Shown in pieces: positions 45,680-58,150 of a stretch of DNA of 64,000 bases. Origin of the DNA: the human T2T-CHM13v2.0 reference genome, Homo sapiens. Location: NCBI RefSeq assembly GCF_009914755.1, contig NC_060928.1; one strand, written 5' to 3'. Every line of letters begins with the position of its first letter. Position 1 is the stretch's first letter. Position numbers and translations under genes: made by a program. The notes below the pieces were generated by a model. It saw nothing but the letters and a program-made list of their open reading frames with translations, ran no database searches and had not been told where the DNA came from.

Positions 45680-47525
45680 TTTTTTTTTTTTTCTATAGAT
45701 TCTTAATAGTTATGTTATCTTGTATTTATCATAAGAGTTTAGATTGCTTTTCTCAGCAATCGGTGAGCTTCCTGCACACAGTGGCCACAGTTCATCTGTG
45801 GTTCTGTCTCTAGATACTGCTCATCATCATTGCTCAATACATGGAGAAAGGCCTAGGTAAACTGAACCAGAGATTCTGAAATAAATGTAGCTAAACTTTG
45901 TTGGGCTGTCAATGTTGGCACTGTTTTCACTAGAACATAATGCTTTTGACAAAAATGTAAAGACGTATGAAAAAATGTTTTAGAACCTTTCCAATCACTT
46001 CTTGGTGAACAAAGTTAGTATTATAGAGAGGCTTAGTGATGTTTCCAAAATGTAAATCATTCTGACAGATGACACATCAGTGGCAGAAAAATCATGGACA
46101 GATTCTGGGAAAAAAATGCCAATATGTTTAAAGTCTATGTTTAAAATATTAGCTTTTTAAATGGGATCTTTCTTAATTTCTTTATTTTGGGAAAACTCGA
46201 TATTCATAAACTGTTAAGAATGACTTTTTAAAATTCATTTTCTTACCCTCCCTCAAATAAGAATGAGAGGATACTAACAAAATAATTGTTTGTAACATTA
46301 CATAGTGGGAGTGGTTAATGAGCATGTTTTATGATAGAATTTAAACTTTGGTTTATAAGGAAAAATTGAGACCATTTAGTTTCTTTAGATTTTTTTTGTA
46401 ACAAAAAGTCTTGTTTGATTTTTCTGATGGTTAAAGTAATATATATTGTAGAAAGTTTTAGGAAAATATTGAAAAATTTAAAAAGTAAAGTAAAAGTCAT
46501 ATATGATTCCATTGTGAAGAAATACCATTTTGGCATATTTTCTGTGTATGTGTCTTATAATATCTGTCTGGTTTCGATATCAGGGTAATACTAACCTATT
46601 AAAATGAATTGGGAACTATTCTTTCCTTTTCAATTATCTGGAAGAGTTTGTGTAGAATTGCCTTATTTCTTCCTTAAATATTTGATATGTTTATTAGGTA
46701 AGCCTTCTGGGCCTGACATTTTCTTTGTGAGAAGGGTATCTTTCTATGTCTTTGTTGAGTGAACTATGGCTGTTCGTGTCAAGGGATTTATCAAGTTCAT
46801 CTAAGTTGACAAAGTTATTGGTACAAATTTATTTATAATTTTTCTTGTTATCCTTTTAGTATCTATAGTATCTGTAATAATGTCATTGCTGTCATTCTTG
46901 ATATCAGTAATTTCTGCCTTCTTTCTTTTTTGACTAAAAACAAAAGGGTTACTAATTTTATTGGCCAAGAGTTTACTAATGTAGCCAAAGGTTTCTAAAT
47001 TTTATTGATCTCACAAAACCCCCCACCAGCTTTTGGTTTCTTTGATTTTTCCCTATTGTTTTTCAGTTTTGTATCTGATTGATTTCACTCCTGAGTTTTC
47101 TCCCTTTCTTCACTTAATTTGGCCTTATTTTGATGAGATAAAGCACAATTCATTGATTTGAGATGATCTTTTCTGATATGGGCATTTTGGGCATTTCTTT
47201 ACCCTAAATATTGCCTTAGTGTCTTTCCATACATTTTGATATTGTCATATTCTTTCACTACAAAATACATTGTAATTTCTTTTTGATTTCTTCTTTGATC
47301 AGTGGGTTATTAAGAATTATGTTATTTAGTTTAAAAATATTTGGGGATTTTCCAGTGATATTTCTGTTATTAGCTTAGAATTTAATTCCATTGCAATCAG
47401 ATAACATATTTTGTATGAATTCTTTTTTTTATTTTTTTATTTTTTAAATTTATGTAGTTCATTTTATTTCCAAGACTATGAGTTATCTAGTGAGAGTTAC
47501 ATGGGCACTTGAAAAAATATATATA

Positions 47526-47997
47526 TAGTTGACCCTTGAACAATGCAAGGTTCAGAGCATCAACTCCCCATTCAGTAGAAAATTCACGTGAAATTTTGAG
47601 TCCACAAAAACTTTACTAGCAGTCTACTGTTGATCAGAAGCCTTATCAATAACATAGTCAATTAACAAATATTGTATATGTCATATATATTATATACTGT
47701 ACTCTTTTAATAAAGTAAGCTAGAGAAAAAATGTTATTAAAAATCATAAGGGACAGAAAATCTACTTACTATTCATTAAGGGGAAGTGGATTATCATAAA
47801 GGTATTCATCCTCATCTTCATATGGGGTAGACTGAGGAGGAGGAGGGGTTGGTCTCGCTGTCTCAGGGGTGGCAGAGACAGAAGAGATGGAGCAAATAGA
47901 AAGAGAGGCAGGAAAGGCAAGCACACTCAGTGTCACTTTTAATCCATGCGTAAGTGGACCCACACAGTTCAAACCTGTGTTGTTGGAGAGTCAGCTG
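47526..47997. mobile_element. Tigger2-derived internally deleted element
   Basis: TIRs (T)AGTTGACCCTTGAACAA / TTGTTGGAGAGTCAGCTG-TA; colinear with the 11026 copy plus ~50 extra bp. Confidence 0.82.
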
Positions 47998-48043
47998 TAG
48001 GCTCTGCTGCTATTTTTTTTTCTTTCTTTCTCCCTTTCTTTTT

Positions 48044-50224
48044 TTTTTTTTTTTAATTTATTGATCATTCTTGGGTGTTTCTCAGAGAGGGGGATGTGGC
48101 AGGGTCATAGGATAATAGTGGAGAGAAGGTCAGCAGATAAACATGAGAACAAAGGTCTCTGGTTTTCCTAGGCAGAGGACCCTGCAGCCTTCGGCCCTGT
48201 TTGTGTCCCTGGGTGCTTGAGGTTAGGGAGTGGTGATGACTCTTAAGGAGCATGCTGTCTTCAAGCATCTGTTTAACAAAGCACATCTTGCACTGCCCTT
48301 AAACCATTTAACCCTGAGTTGACACAGCACATGTTTCAGAGAGCACGGGGTTGGGGGTAAGGTTATAGATTAACAGCATCCCAAGGCAGAATAATTTTTC
48401 TTGGTACAGAACAAAATGGAGTCTCCTATGTCTACTTCTTCCTACACAGACACAGTAACAATCTGATCTCTCTTTCTTTTCCCCACATTTCCCCCTTTTC
48501 TTTTTGACAAAACCGCCATCGTTATCACGGCCCGTTCTCGATGATCGCTGTCTCTTCGGAGCTGTTGGGTACACTTCCCAGATGGGGTGGCCTGGCAGAG
48601 GCGCTCCTCACTTCCCAGACAGGGCGGCCGGGCAGAGGCACTTCTCACTTCCCAGACGGGGCGGCCAGGCAGAGGCGCTCCTCACTTCCCAGACGGGGCG
48701 GCCGGGCAGAGGCACTCCTCACTTCCCAGACGGGGCGGCCGGGCAGAGGTGCTCCTCACTTCCCAGACGGGGCGGCTGGGCAGAGGTGCACCTCACTTCC
48801 CAGACGGGGCGGCTGGGCAGAGGTGCACCTCACTTCCCAGACAGGGTGGTGGCCGGACAGAGGCGCTCCTCACCTCCCAGATGGGGCGGCTGGGCAGAGG
48901 CGCTCCCCACCTCCCAGACGGGGCGGCCGGGCAGAGGTGCTCCCCACATCCCAGACGAAGAGTGGCCAGGCAGAGGCGCCCCCAACTTCCCAGATGGGGC
49001 GGCCGGGCAGAGGCGCTCCTCACCTCCTAGATGATGGGTGGCTGGGCAGAGGCGCTCCCCACCTCCCAGACGGGGCAGCCAGGCAGAGGTGCTCCTCACC
49101 TCCCAGACGGGGCAGCCGGGCAGAGGTGCCCACTTCCCCGACAGGGCAGCCGGGCAGAGGCGCTCCCCACCTCCCAGATGAAGGGCGGCCGGGCAGAGGT
49201 GCCCCTCACTTCCTAGATGGGGTGGCGACCGGGCAGAGGCGCTCCTCACTTCCCAGACAGAGTGGCCAGGCAGAGGGGCTCCTCACATCCCATACTGGGC
49301 GGCCGGGTAGAGGCGCTCCTCACATCCCAGACGATGAGCGGTCAGGCAGAGACGCTCCTCACTTCCTAGATGGGGTGGCGATTGGGCAGAGGTGCTCCTC
49401 ACTTCCCAGACGGGGCGGCCAGGCAGAGACGCTCCTCACTTCCTAGATGGGGTGGCGATTGGGCAGAGGTGCTCCTCACTTCCCAGATGGGGGCGGCCAG
49501 GCAGAGGCGCTCCTCACTTCCCATTCGGGGCAGCCGGGCAGAGGCGCTCCTCACTTCCTCCCAGACGGGGCGGCCAGGCAGAAGCGCTCCTCACTTCCCA
49601 TTCGGGGCAGCCGGGCAGAGGCGCTCCTCACTTCCTCCCAGATGGGGCAGCCGGGCAGAGGCACTCCTCACGTCCCAGACGGGGCGGCCGGGCAGAGGGG
49701 CTCCTCACATCCCAGACGATGGGCGGCCAGGCAGAGATGCTGCTCACTTCCTAGACGGGGTGGCGGGCAGGCAGAGGCTGTAATCTTAGCACTTTGGGAG
49801 GCCAAGGCAGGCGGCTGGGAGGTGGAGGTTGTAGCCAGCCGAGATCACGCCACTGCACTCCAGCCTGGGCAACATTGAGCATTGAGTGAGCGAGACTCCG
49901 TCTGCAATCCTAGCACCTCAGGAGGCCGAGGCGGGCAGATCACCCGAGGCCAGGAGCTGGAGACCAGTCCGGTCAACATGGCGAAACCCCGTCTCCACCA
50001 AAAATACAAAAACCAGTCAGGAGTGGCGGTGTGTGCCTGGAATCCCAGGCACTGGGCAGGCCGAGGCAGGAGAATCACCGGAGCCCGAGGCAGGGAGGTT
50101 GCAGCGAGCCGAGATCATGGCAGTACAGTCCAGGCTCCGCAAGAGAGGGAGACCGTAGAAAGAGGGAGAGGCTCCACAAGAGAGGGAGCCCAGAGGGAGA
50201 AGGGGAGGGGGAGGGGGAGGGGGA
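48044..50224 (-). mobile_element. Full-length SVA (SVA_A-like)
   Basis: On + strand: poly(T); SINE-R ~48055-48570; GC-rich ~37-42-bp VNTR ~48571-49775; Alu-like domain ~49776-50140; degenerate hexamer to 50224. TSD CTTTCTCCCTTTCTTTTT at 48026-48043 and 50225-50242. Retains TCGCTGTCTCTTCGG at the SINE-R/VNTR junction and lacks the GGCTGACCCCCC units of young subfamilies. Confidence 0.95.
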
Positions 50225-51146
50225 CTTTCTCCCTTTCTTTTTGGCTCCCATGAATTCTTTTAAGTGTATTGAGATTTGCATTCTGACTCAGAATTTGGAC
50301 TGTCTTCATAAATGCTCACTGTGAACTTAAAAAAATGTACATTCTGCAGTTTTAGGGTGGAATATTCTAGAAATGTCATTTAGGTCTATTTGGTAGATAG
50401 TGTTGGTCAAGTCTTCTATAGCGTTATTGATTTTTCTCTCTACTTGTCCTGTCAATTATTGAAGAGAGATATATAAATCTCTGAATCTATTTGTGGATAT
50501 GTCCATTTCTCTGTATAGTTCTATCTGTTTTGGCTTGCATATTTTGAAGCTTTTTAATTAGGTGTATGAATGTTTAGGATTCTTGCATCTTCCTGATTAG
50601 TGAACCTCTTTATCATTATCAAATGATTTTATTTCTGTTGTTATTTTTCTTCTGAAAGTTTCTTTGTCTGATATATAGTTATATCAGACTTTCCTGGAAA
50701 AAAATTATTTCCTAAACAATACAGTGTAACAATGATTTACATATAACCATATATATATGGTTAATCCAGCTTTCTTTTGATTAGTGTTATCATGGTATAT
50801 CTTATTTTATTCTTTTATTTAACTTTTTTGTGTCTTTATATTTAAAGTGCATTTCTGTAGACAGTACATAGTTGTTGGATCCTGCTTTTTTAGCCATTCT
50901 GACAATCTCTGTCTTTTAATTGGGGATGTTTAAACCATTTATATTTAAGGTAAGTATTGACATGGTCAGGTTTAAGTCTATAATATATTGTTTTTCTATT
51001 TGCTCCTTCTGTTCTTTGTTCCCCTCTCCCTTTTTTGTTGCTTTTTAAATTGTTAGTATTTTTTATGATCAATTTTATCTCCTTTCTTGGTTTGTTAGCT
51101 ATAACTTTATTTTGCTATTTTAGAGGTTGCTTTAGGGTTTATAGTC

Positions 51147-51458
51147 AAGTCAGGCTTCCGTATCCATGAGTTCTACATTTGTGGGTTCAACTAACTGTGG
51201 ACCAAAAATATTAAAAAAAAAAAAAGCATCTGTTTTTGTTGTCATTATTTCCTAAACAATACAGTGTAACAACTGTTTATATAGCATTTATATTATATTA
51301 TGCAGTGTAATCTGGAGATGATTCTATGTGTACTGGAAGATGTGCATAGGTTATATGCAAATACTACACATTTTTTATCAGAGACTTGAGCATTCACAGA
51401 TTTTGGTAGCCGAGATGGGTTTTGAAACCATTCCCCCATGGATATTGAGGGATGCCTG
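51147..51458 (-). mobile_element. MER2 (Tigger-type MITE)
   Basis: TIRs AGTCAGGCTTCCGTATCC / GGATATTGAGGGATGCCTG-TA; internal TAGGTTATATGCAAATACTAC. Confidence 0.85.
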
Positions 51459-52051
51459 TATACTTACCTGGTATATTTTAGGTGCTCAATACATATTTCC
51501 TGAATGAACACATGAACAAATGTCTCCCTGGTGCCTAGGCCACAGGGCTGCTGAGAGCCAGAGGCACCAAGAGTGGCTATCAATCCTGTGCTGTCAGACA
51601 ATTATTCTTTCCCAGCTTTTAATTTTTTCTCTTTTATGCCATATTATTAATGGATATTGGCTTTAATCTTCCCATCTTGATGTTAGTCCCTTGAGATTAG
51701 ACATCCATATCCTCTTCTCCCTCAGTCCCTGGAGGTTTCAGTAAATAAGGACTTTATCCTCAGGTGTGCTTTCCCCAGGCTTTTTTGAAAGTGTGCATGG
51801 GGTGGATCCTCTGGATGAAAGAGACTGTGGCCTTGACTTATTGTGCCCAAACCCCCAAAAGTAAGAAATTCTTGTCAGGAAGGGTAGATATTGTTTAAGG
51901 TAGTAAATAGAAAAAAAGGCTTCAAAGAAATGGTCTAAATTTAACTTTAGCTGATCTAGGCAAAGCTACACATGGGAAGGAAATTCAGGCCTAACAGATT
52001 TTCCCCATTCTTGGAATGCCACCCGTTTTTTTCAAGATTATTGAAAAAAAA

Positions 52052-52235
52052 TTATATATATATAATTATATATATACACACATACATATATATACACATA
52101 CATATATATACATACGTACACATACACATACATATATACACATACATACATATACGTACATACACATAAACATACATATATACACATACATAGTTATATA
52201 TATGTACACACACATACACACACACATATATATAT
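52052..52235. repeat. Degenerate (TA/CA/TACA)n tract
   Basis: Read directly; ends ~60 nt upstream of the exon acceptor. Confidence 0.92.
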
Positions 52236-52296
52236 GATTGGACTTCTTGATTAAAAAAGAAAAACTTATGTGCTCTTTTTCTTTTCTTTTTTGCAG

Positions 52297-52367
52297 CAAG
52301 TAACTGGCAGAAGTTTTGGTGATAAAGATTTTCGGACAGGTTTAGAAAATGGAATCCTCCTCTGCGA
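52297..52367 (+). CDS. LIMCH1: LIM and calponin homology domains 1, internal coding exon (exon 2 of CH-domain isoforms): [23 protein letters not shown](E)
   Basis: Strong acceptor CTCTTTTTCTTTTCTTTTTTGCAG| and consensus donor GA|GTAAGT. 71 nt, phase 0 to phase 2, open frame. The peptide has the calponin-homology L.NG.LLC motif and matches the LIMCH1 N-terminus as I recall it. Confidence 0.95.
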
Positions 52368-53054
52368 GTAAGTATAGCCTATATTCAGTTGGTTTTATTC
52401 AAAAAACATCATTAATACTATCCAGTTTGGCTGTAAGACTTCTAGTGTTTTGTTTTGAATTTATTCACAGTTTGAATCTGAAACTCAAAAAATCCCTGGG
52501 CTAGACAAGAAACACAAGTCGGTGTGGGAGCCTTGGTGTGCCAGTAGGGAGTGGTGGGGACTGTGGCAATTGCAAACAAGACAGAGAAAGAGCATCTGGT
52601 AGCTGCTGTTCAGCTCCAATAATCTTTCACTGTGCATCAATTTGAGCCCATGTAATTGTAAGGGTGGACCTAATTGTGGTAAAAGTAAAACTTTTCTCCC
52701 CTTTTAAATCCCAAACAAAAGCAGCTTGTGCCAAAATAAAACAGTGCTTCTATATACTTACAACATCTTAAAACATGCCGGGTAATGCTCCTCACTTTGC
52801 CTGTTTCACTGGTGTATTTCAAATATGTTTAATCTGTGCTGTTGGCAAAATTTAAATGTGAACAATAACTACAGTGTTTAATTTTTGTGTTTTAAAGAAT
52901 TCAGGGCTCCTGTGAAGTAGCTCTAGCTACAAAATAAGCAGAGCCTTCGTACTTATAAAGACATATATTTCAAGATTTATGGATAGACGTAAATTTCAAG
53001 ATTTCAAAATTTGCATTTATTTAACAGGTTTTGTGATTTCAATACTGATTTTTG

Positions 53055-53300
53055 TTTTATTGAGGTGAAATGTACATACAATGAAACACACAGCTCCTAA
53101 CTGTACAATCTAATGGGTATTGAAAGATGTGTACATGTATGTAACCTAATCAAGATATGAAACAAAAAGTTTCCTCATGCCCCTTCTCACTCAATCTCAA
53201 GCCCCTGGAGACAAGCACTGTTCTGATCTCTGTCACAGTAGCATCTATTTTGCCTTCTCTTATACTTGATTTCAGTGGAATCACATAGAATAAACTCCTG
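53055..53300 (-). mobile_element. Old L1M 3' fragment
   Basis: TTTTATTGAGGTGAAATGTACATACAATGAAA...AAAGTTTCCTCATGCCCCTT. Confidence 0.65.
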
Positions 53301-55239
53301 TTTTTGGCAACTTTCAGAATATTGCTTGGGATCCAATGATGACACGGAAGGAATGTGGGTTTGGAGCCTGTGGACTAGAGATTGATGTTCTTACTTTACC
53401 CCTAAATCATTTAATCACCCCAAGTCTCATTTTTTTCTAAAATCATAATAAAAAATGTATAACTCTATTTTGTAGGCTTTTTATGAGCTTCAAAAGGATA
53501 GAGTGAGTGAGGCACTTTCAAAGATTATGCAGCACTGTACAAATGTTGACTATTTTGTTGAACCTCTCAACACAGCTCCTGTCAGCATTTTTTTCTGCCT
53601 CCCCACTGCTCTTCTTTCTTCAAAGAAAAATGTGTATCTTCTATTTGATGTTTCCATATTCTCTTTCCTACGAAGTCTCTCCACCCTACTCGTGTATCCC
53701 TCACCACCTCTTTTCTCATTATTACATTTAAATCAGAGCTTAACTCTTAGGTAAGCTGCAGTTACTTCAGTGGATGCAAGCTCAGTGGATGCAAGCCAGT
53801 CAGGCTCTGAACTCTTTCTCTCTGTTCTACCACTTGCTTTTCCCATGATTCTGGGCTTAGCCCTCTCCTGATATTAACAGACTAGCCAAAATCTGATCTA
53901 ATTCATGCAGACCATGTTGGTTCAATTGAAGTGGGTCTTTGGTCCAATTTTTGTTTACCTAACATTTGCTCCAGAGATTCTTGTAGGCATCCACTTCTCC
54001 ACTATATTCTCATGCCCAGGTAGGTAGGATGAAATTGTCTAAGTCCTCTAATCACAGGGGATTAGACCCACTGGTGTATTTGAAGGAGCACGAGCTTTGG
54101 AGTCTGAGGACTAGGGATCAAGCTCTCGTTTCCCCAGTGGGACTCTAGCTAGCAGGCCCAGCAAAGAGTTTGCTAAAGTGGAATGAACCACATAGGAGGC
54201 CAGAGGCAAGGAAAGCCAGTAGCGTGAACCTCTGCTAGGTCCTTCAAGAGAAAGCTGGGTCAGGAGCCAGAGAAACCAAATGCACACAAATTTCTAGGCA
54301 TGGAACTTGCAGAGCAATGAGAACCAAAACCATGACCCAGGAGCTGCATGCAATGGTGACTGGGGACAGGGGAGGAAGAGTTTTCTTCCTCACCCTTATG
54401 GCTAGGTTTTGTGTAAGTTGAGACTATTAGGCTGCTACAGACTGAGATTAGCAGGTGTATTTTCTGGGACTTGTATCCCAAGGCCAATCTAGCAAAAAGG
54501 GGGACTTGCTCTGTTGAAAATGTGGGATCGTTTGATGGTGGGGGCCAAAAGCTGGAACACTCAGCATGGAGGATTTTAGAAGTTGAAGGCTCCCAGACAG
54601 TGGAGCCACACAGGTGTCAAACACCTGTCTTTGGAGATTAGATTAGAATGCCTAAGACTGTACCACTCTCTAGAACTGGAGAGAGTTTAGTGGATGCCAG
54701 TGATTAGGAGTCTAATTCATAGCTACCCCACACCACAGAAACATTAAGAAATATGAGGACTCTCTACAATTTCAAATTTTGAAAACTAAGCAGTTTGGCT
54801 CTTCTTAGAATTGGGCTTTTTATAGTATATAGGCTTTAAAAAATTATTTGATGCTTTCCAGTTTTGTGTTATTCAAAATAGAAGCCCAGTTGGTATCTTG
54901 GAACAGTGTTATCCCAGTTGGCAAATACATGAGCAGCATTGTTGAATTCTTTCTTTTGTTCAACAAATGCTCATCTTTTTGTCTGAGTTGAATCCACTCT
55001 AAATGTTAGTAGCAACTGTGTAGAGACACCAGCATCTTTGTTCACTAAAAATTTCCTGAGTTGTTGTAGGAGTCTAAAGAAAAAAAAAAAAGCTTCATCA
55101 TTTTCATCAAACAGAAGGATACCTTCTGGTCCTGGGGTCTGGTTTCCCCTGACCAGCCTGGTTTCAAACTTAGCTGTGGTCTCTAAGGAATATTATTATA
55201 CCTATTTTACAGAGAAAGTAACTGAGGTACAAAGGATTA

Positions 55240-55620
<381 letters not shown>

Positions 55621-56607
55621 TCACTGCCCTGTTCTAGAATTGGGATTTTAATGGGAGAGAAAAGAAAGAGATTGGCAGGTGGAGAGAGGAGAGGGCATTA
55701 GTGCCTGCAGACCTAAGTTTGGGGAAGGTGGCAGTGCAGAGGGTGAACCACTGAGTCTCAGCTGGGCAGAGGACAAAGAAGGACTGCATGTGGTTGGTGG
55801 TCTTAGAAAAATGTAAGCATCAAGGGCCTGGTGGTTCCACTTGGGCTAAGAAGGCAGCGTCAATAAAAGTGAGGGCAAGAGAGCTGAAAGGGTCGGAGGC
55901 TGTGGTCAGTGGAGGATGTAGGAGTTTCAGTTTTTGATAGAGCAGTCAAGACCAGATGGAGACAAACGAGAATAGTGGACCTGGATTAAAGACTACAGAG
56001 ACAGGAGAGAGAAAAGACGAGCACCTACATACAGCATGTACGATGGAAATGGAATACCCTCAAAATCACCCTGGGACATCTCTTACTCCATATGGCTTTG
56101 AATATGCAACTCCTATGCCGGAATACTAATACATAAATGTATAACTTAGAGTAATAGCAAGTATAAAATAGAGTGCCTGTGCCCAGTGGAATGGCAGTAG
56201 ATGTGTTTTTGCCATACTCATGTCTCTCTTCCTCTGTTGTTTTTGCCAAGTGTGTGTGTAGTTGAAGTTTCAGAGGTTAAATGCTTAAATGGTGTGAACC
56301 CTCTTCTGAGTATTTAATAAGAGGCTGGGGTCAAAGTGTGACAGAGCCACAAATATGTGACAAATGTTATGCTGTTAGAAATATCAATCATATACGGCAC
56401 AGTGTCCTTGATGACTTACGAGTCAAAAAGGAGGGCTGCAGAGAGTTAGTCTTTAAAGAAGCTACTCCCAGGTTGGAGTCATTAGCAGATGATATTCTCT
56501 ACTTCCCTGCACATACACCGGCCTGTTTTGAAATAACTCCAGAAAAGAAACTTTCTGACTTGTGTTCCTGACTCTGATTTTATTATTTAGATAAGAGTCT
56601 ATAGGAT

Positions 56608-56790
56608 CAGGGGCTGGCAAATTATGGCCCTTGGCCTTTTTTTTTTTTTAACTGGCCTTCTTGCTAAGAATGTGTTTTATGTTTTTAAAGGATTGTAAAC
56701 CAAACTAAATTAAACAAGAGTCTATATGTGGCTCACAAAGCCTAAAGTGTTTACTATCTGGTCCTTTACAGAGAAACTTTGCCAGTTCTA
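56608..56790. mobile_element. MER58-type hAT element
   Basis: CAGGGGCTGGCAAATTATGGCCC...ACAAAGCCTAAAGTGTTTACTATCTGGTCCTTTACAGA...TTTGCCAG. Confidence 0.7.
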
Positions 56791-56939
56791 AAGGACTGTG
56801 GAATTAATTTTAGATGTAAATTGTTTATCCTTGTAAAGTTAAGAAATTGAGTTTGGGCAGTGCAAAATGCTATTTGGGTAAATTAAATAACATTTTACAA
56901 AAGGTTTTCCCAGGAGTCTCTTTACAAGTTTTCTCCCCC

Positions 56940-58150
<1,211 letters not shown>

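Larger units (their letters stand above)
46560..51145 (-). mobile_element. Old L1M ORF2-region body interrupted by a Tigger2 derivative and an SVA
   Basis: T-rich antisense L1 motifs (GATATCAGGGTAATACT, TTTAATTCCATTG, TCTGACAATCTCTGTCTTTTAATTGG) continue on both sides of the insertions. Confidence 0.75.

Noticed and set aside
48571-49775. Regularly spaced ~40-bp repeats resembling a CRISPR array
   Set aside because: Tandem VNTR units without unique spacers, inside an SVA in a primate genome
48504-49878. Long overlapping ORFs (up to 301 aa) on both strands
   Set aside because: Translations of the GC-rich SVA VNTR (repeating [12 protein letters not shown]); stop-poor by composition, not genes
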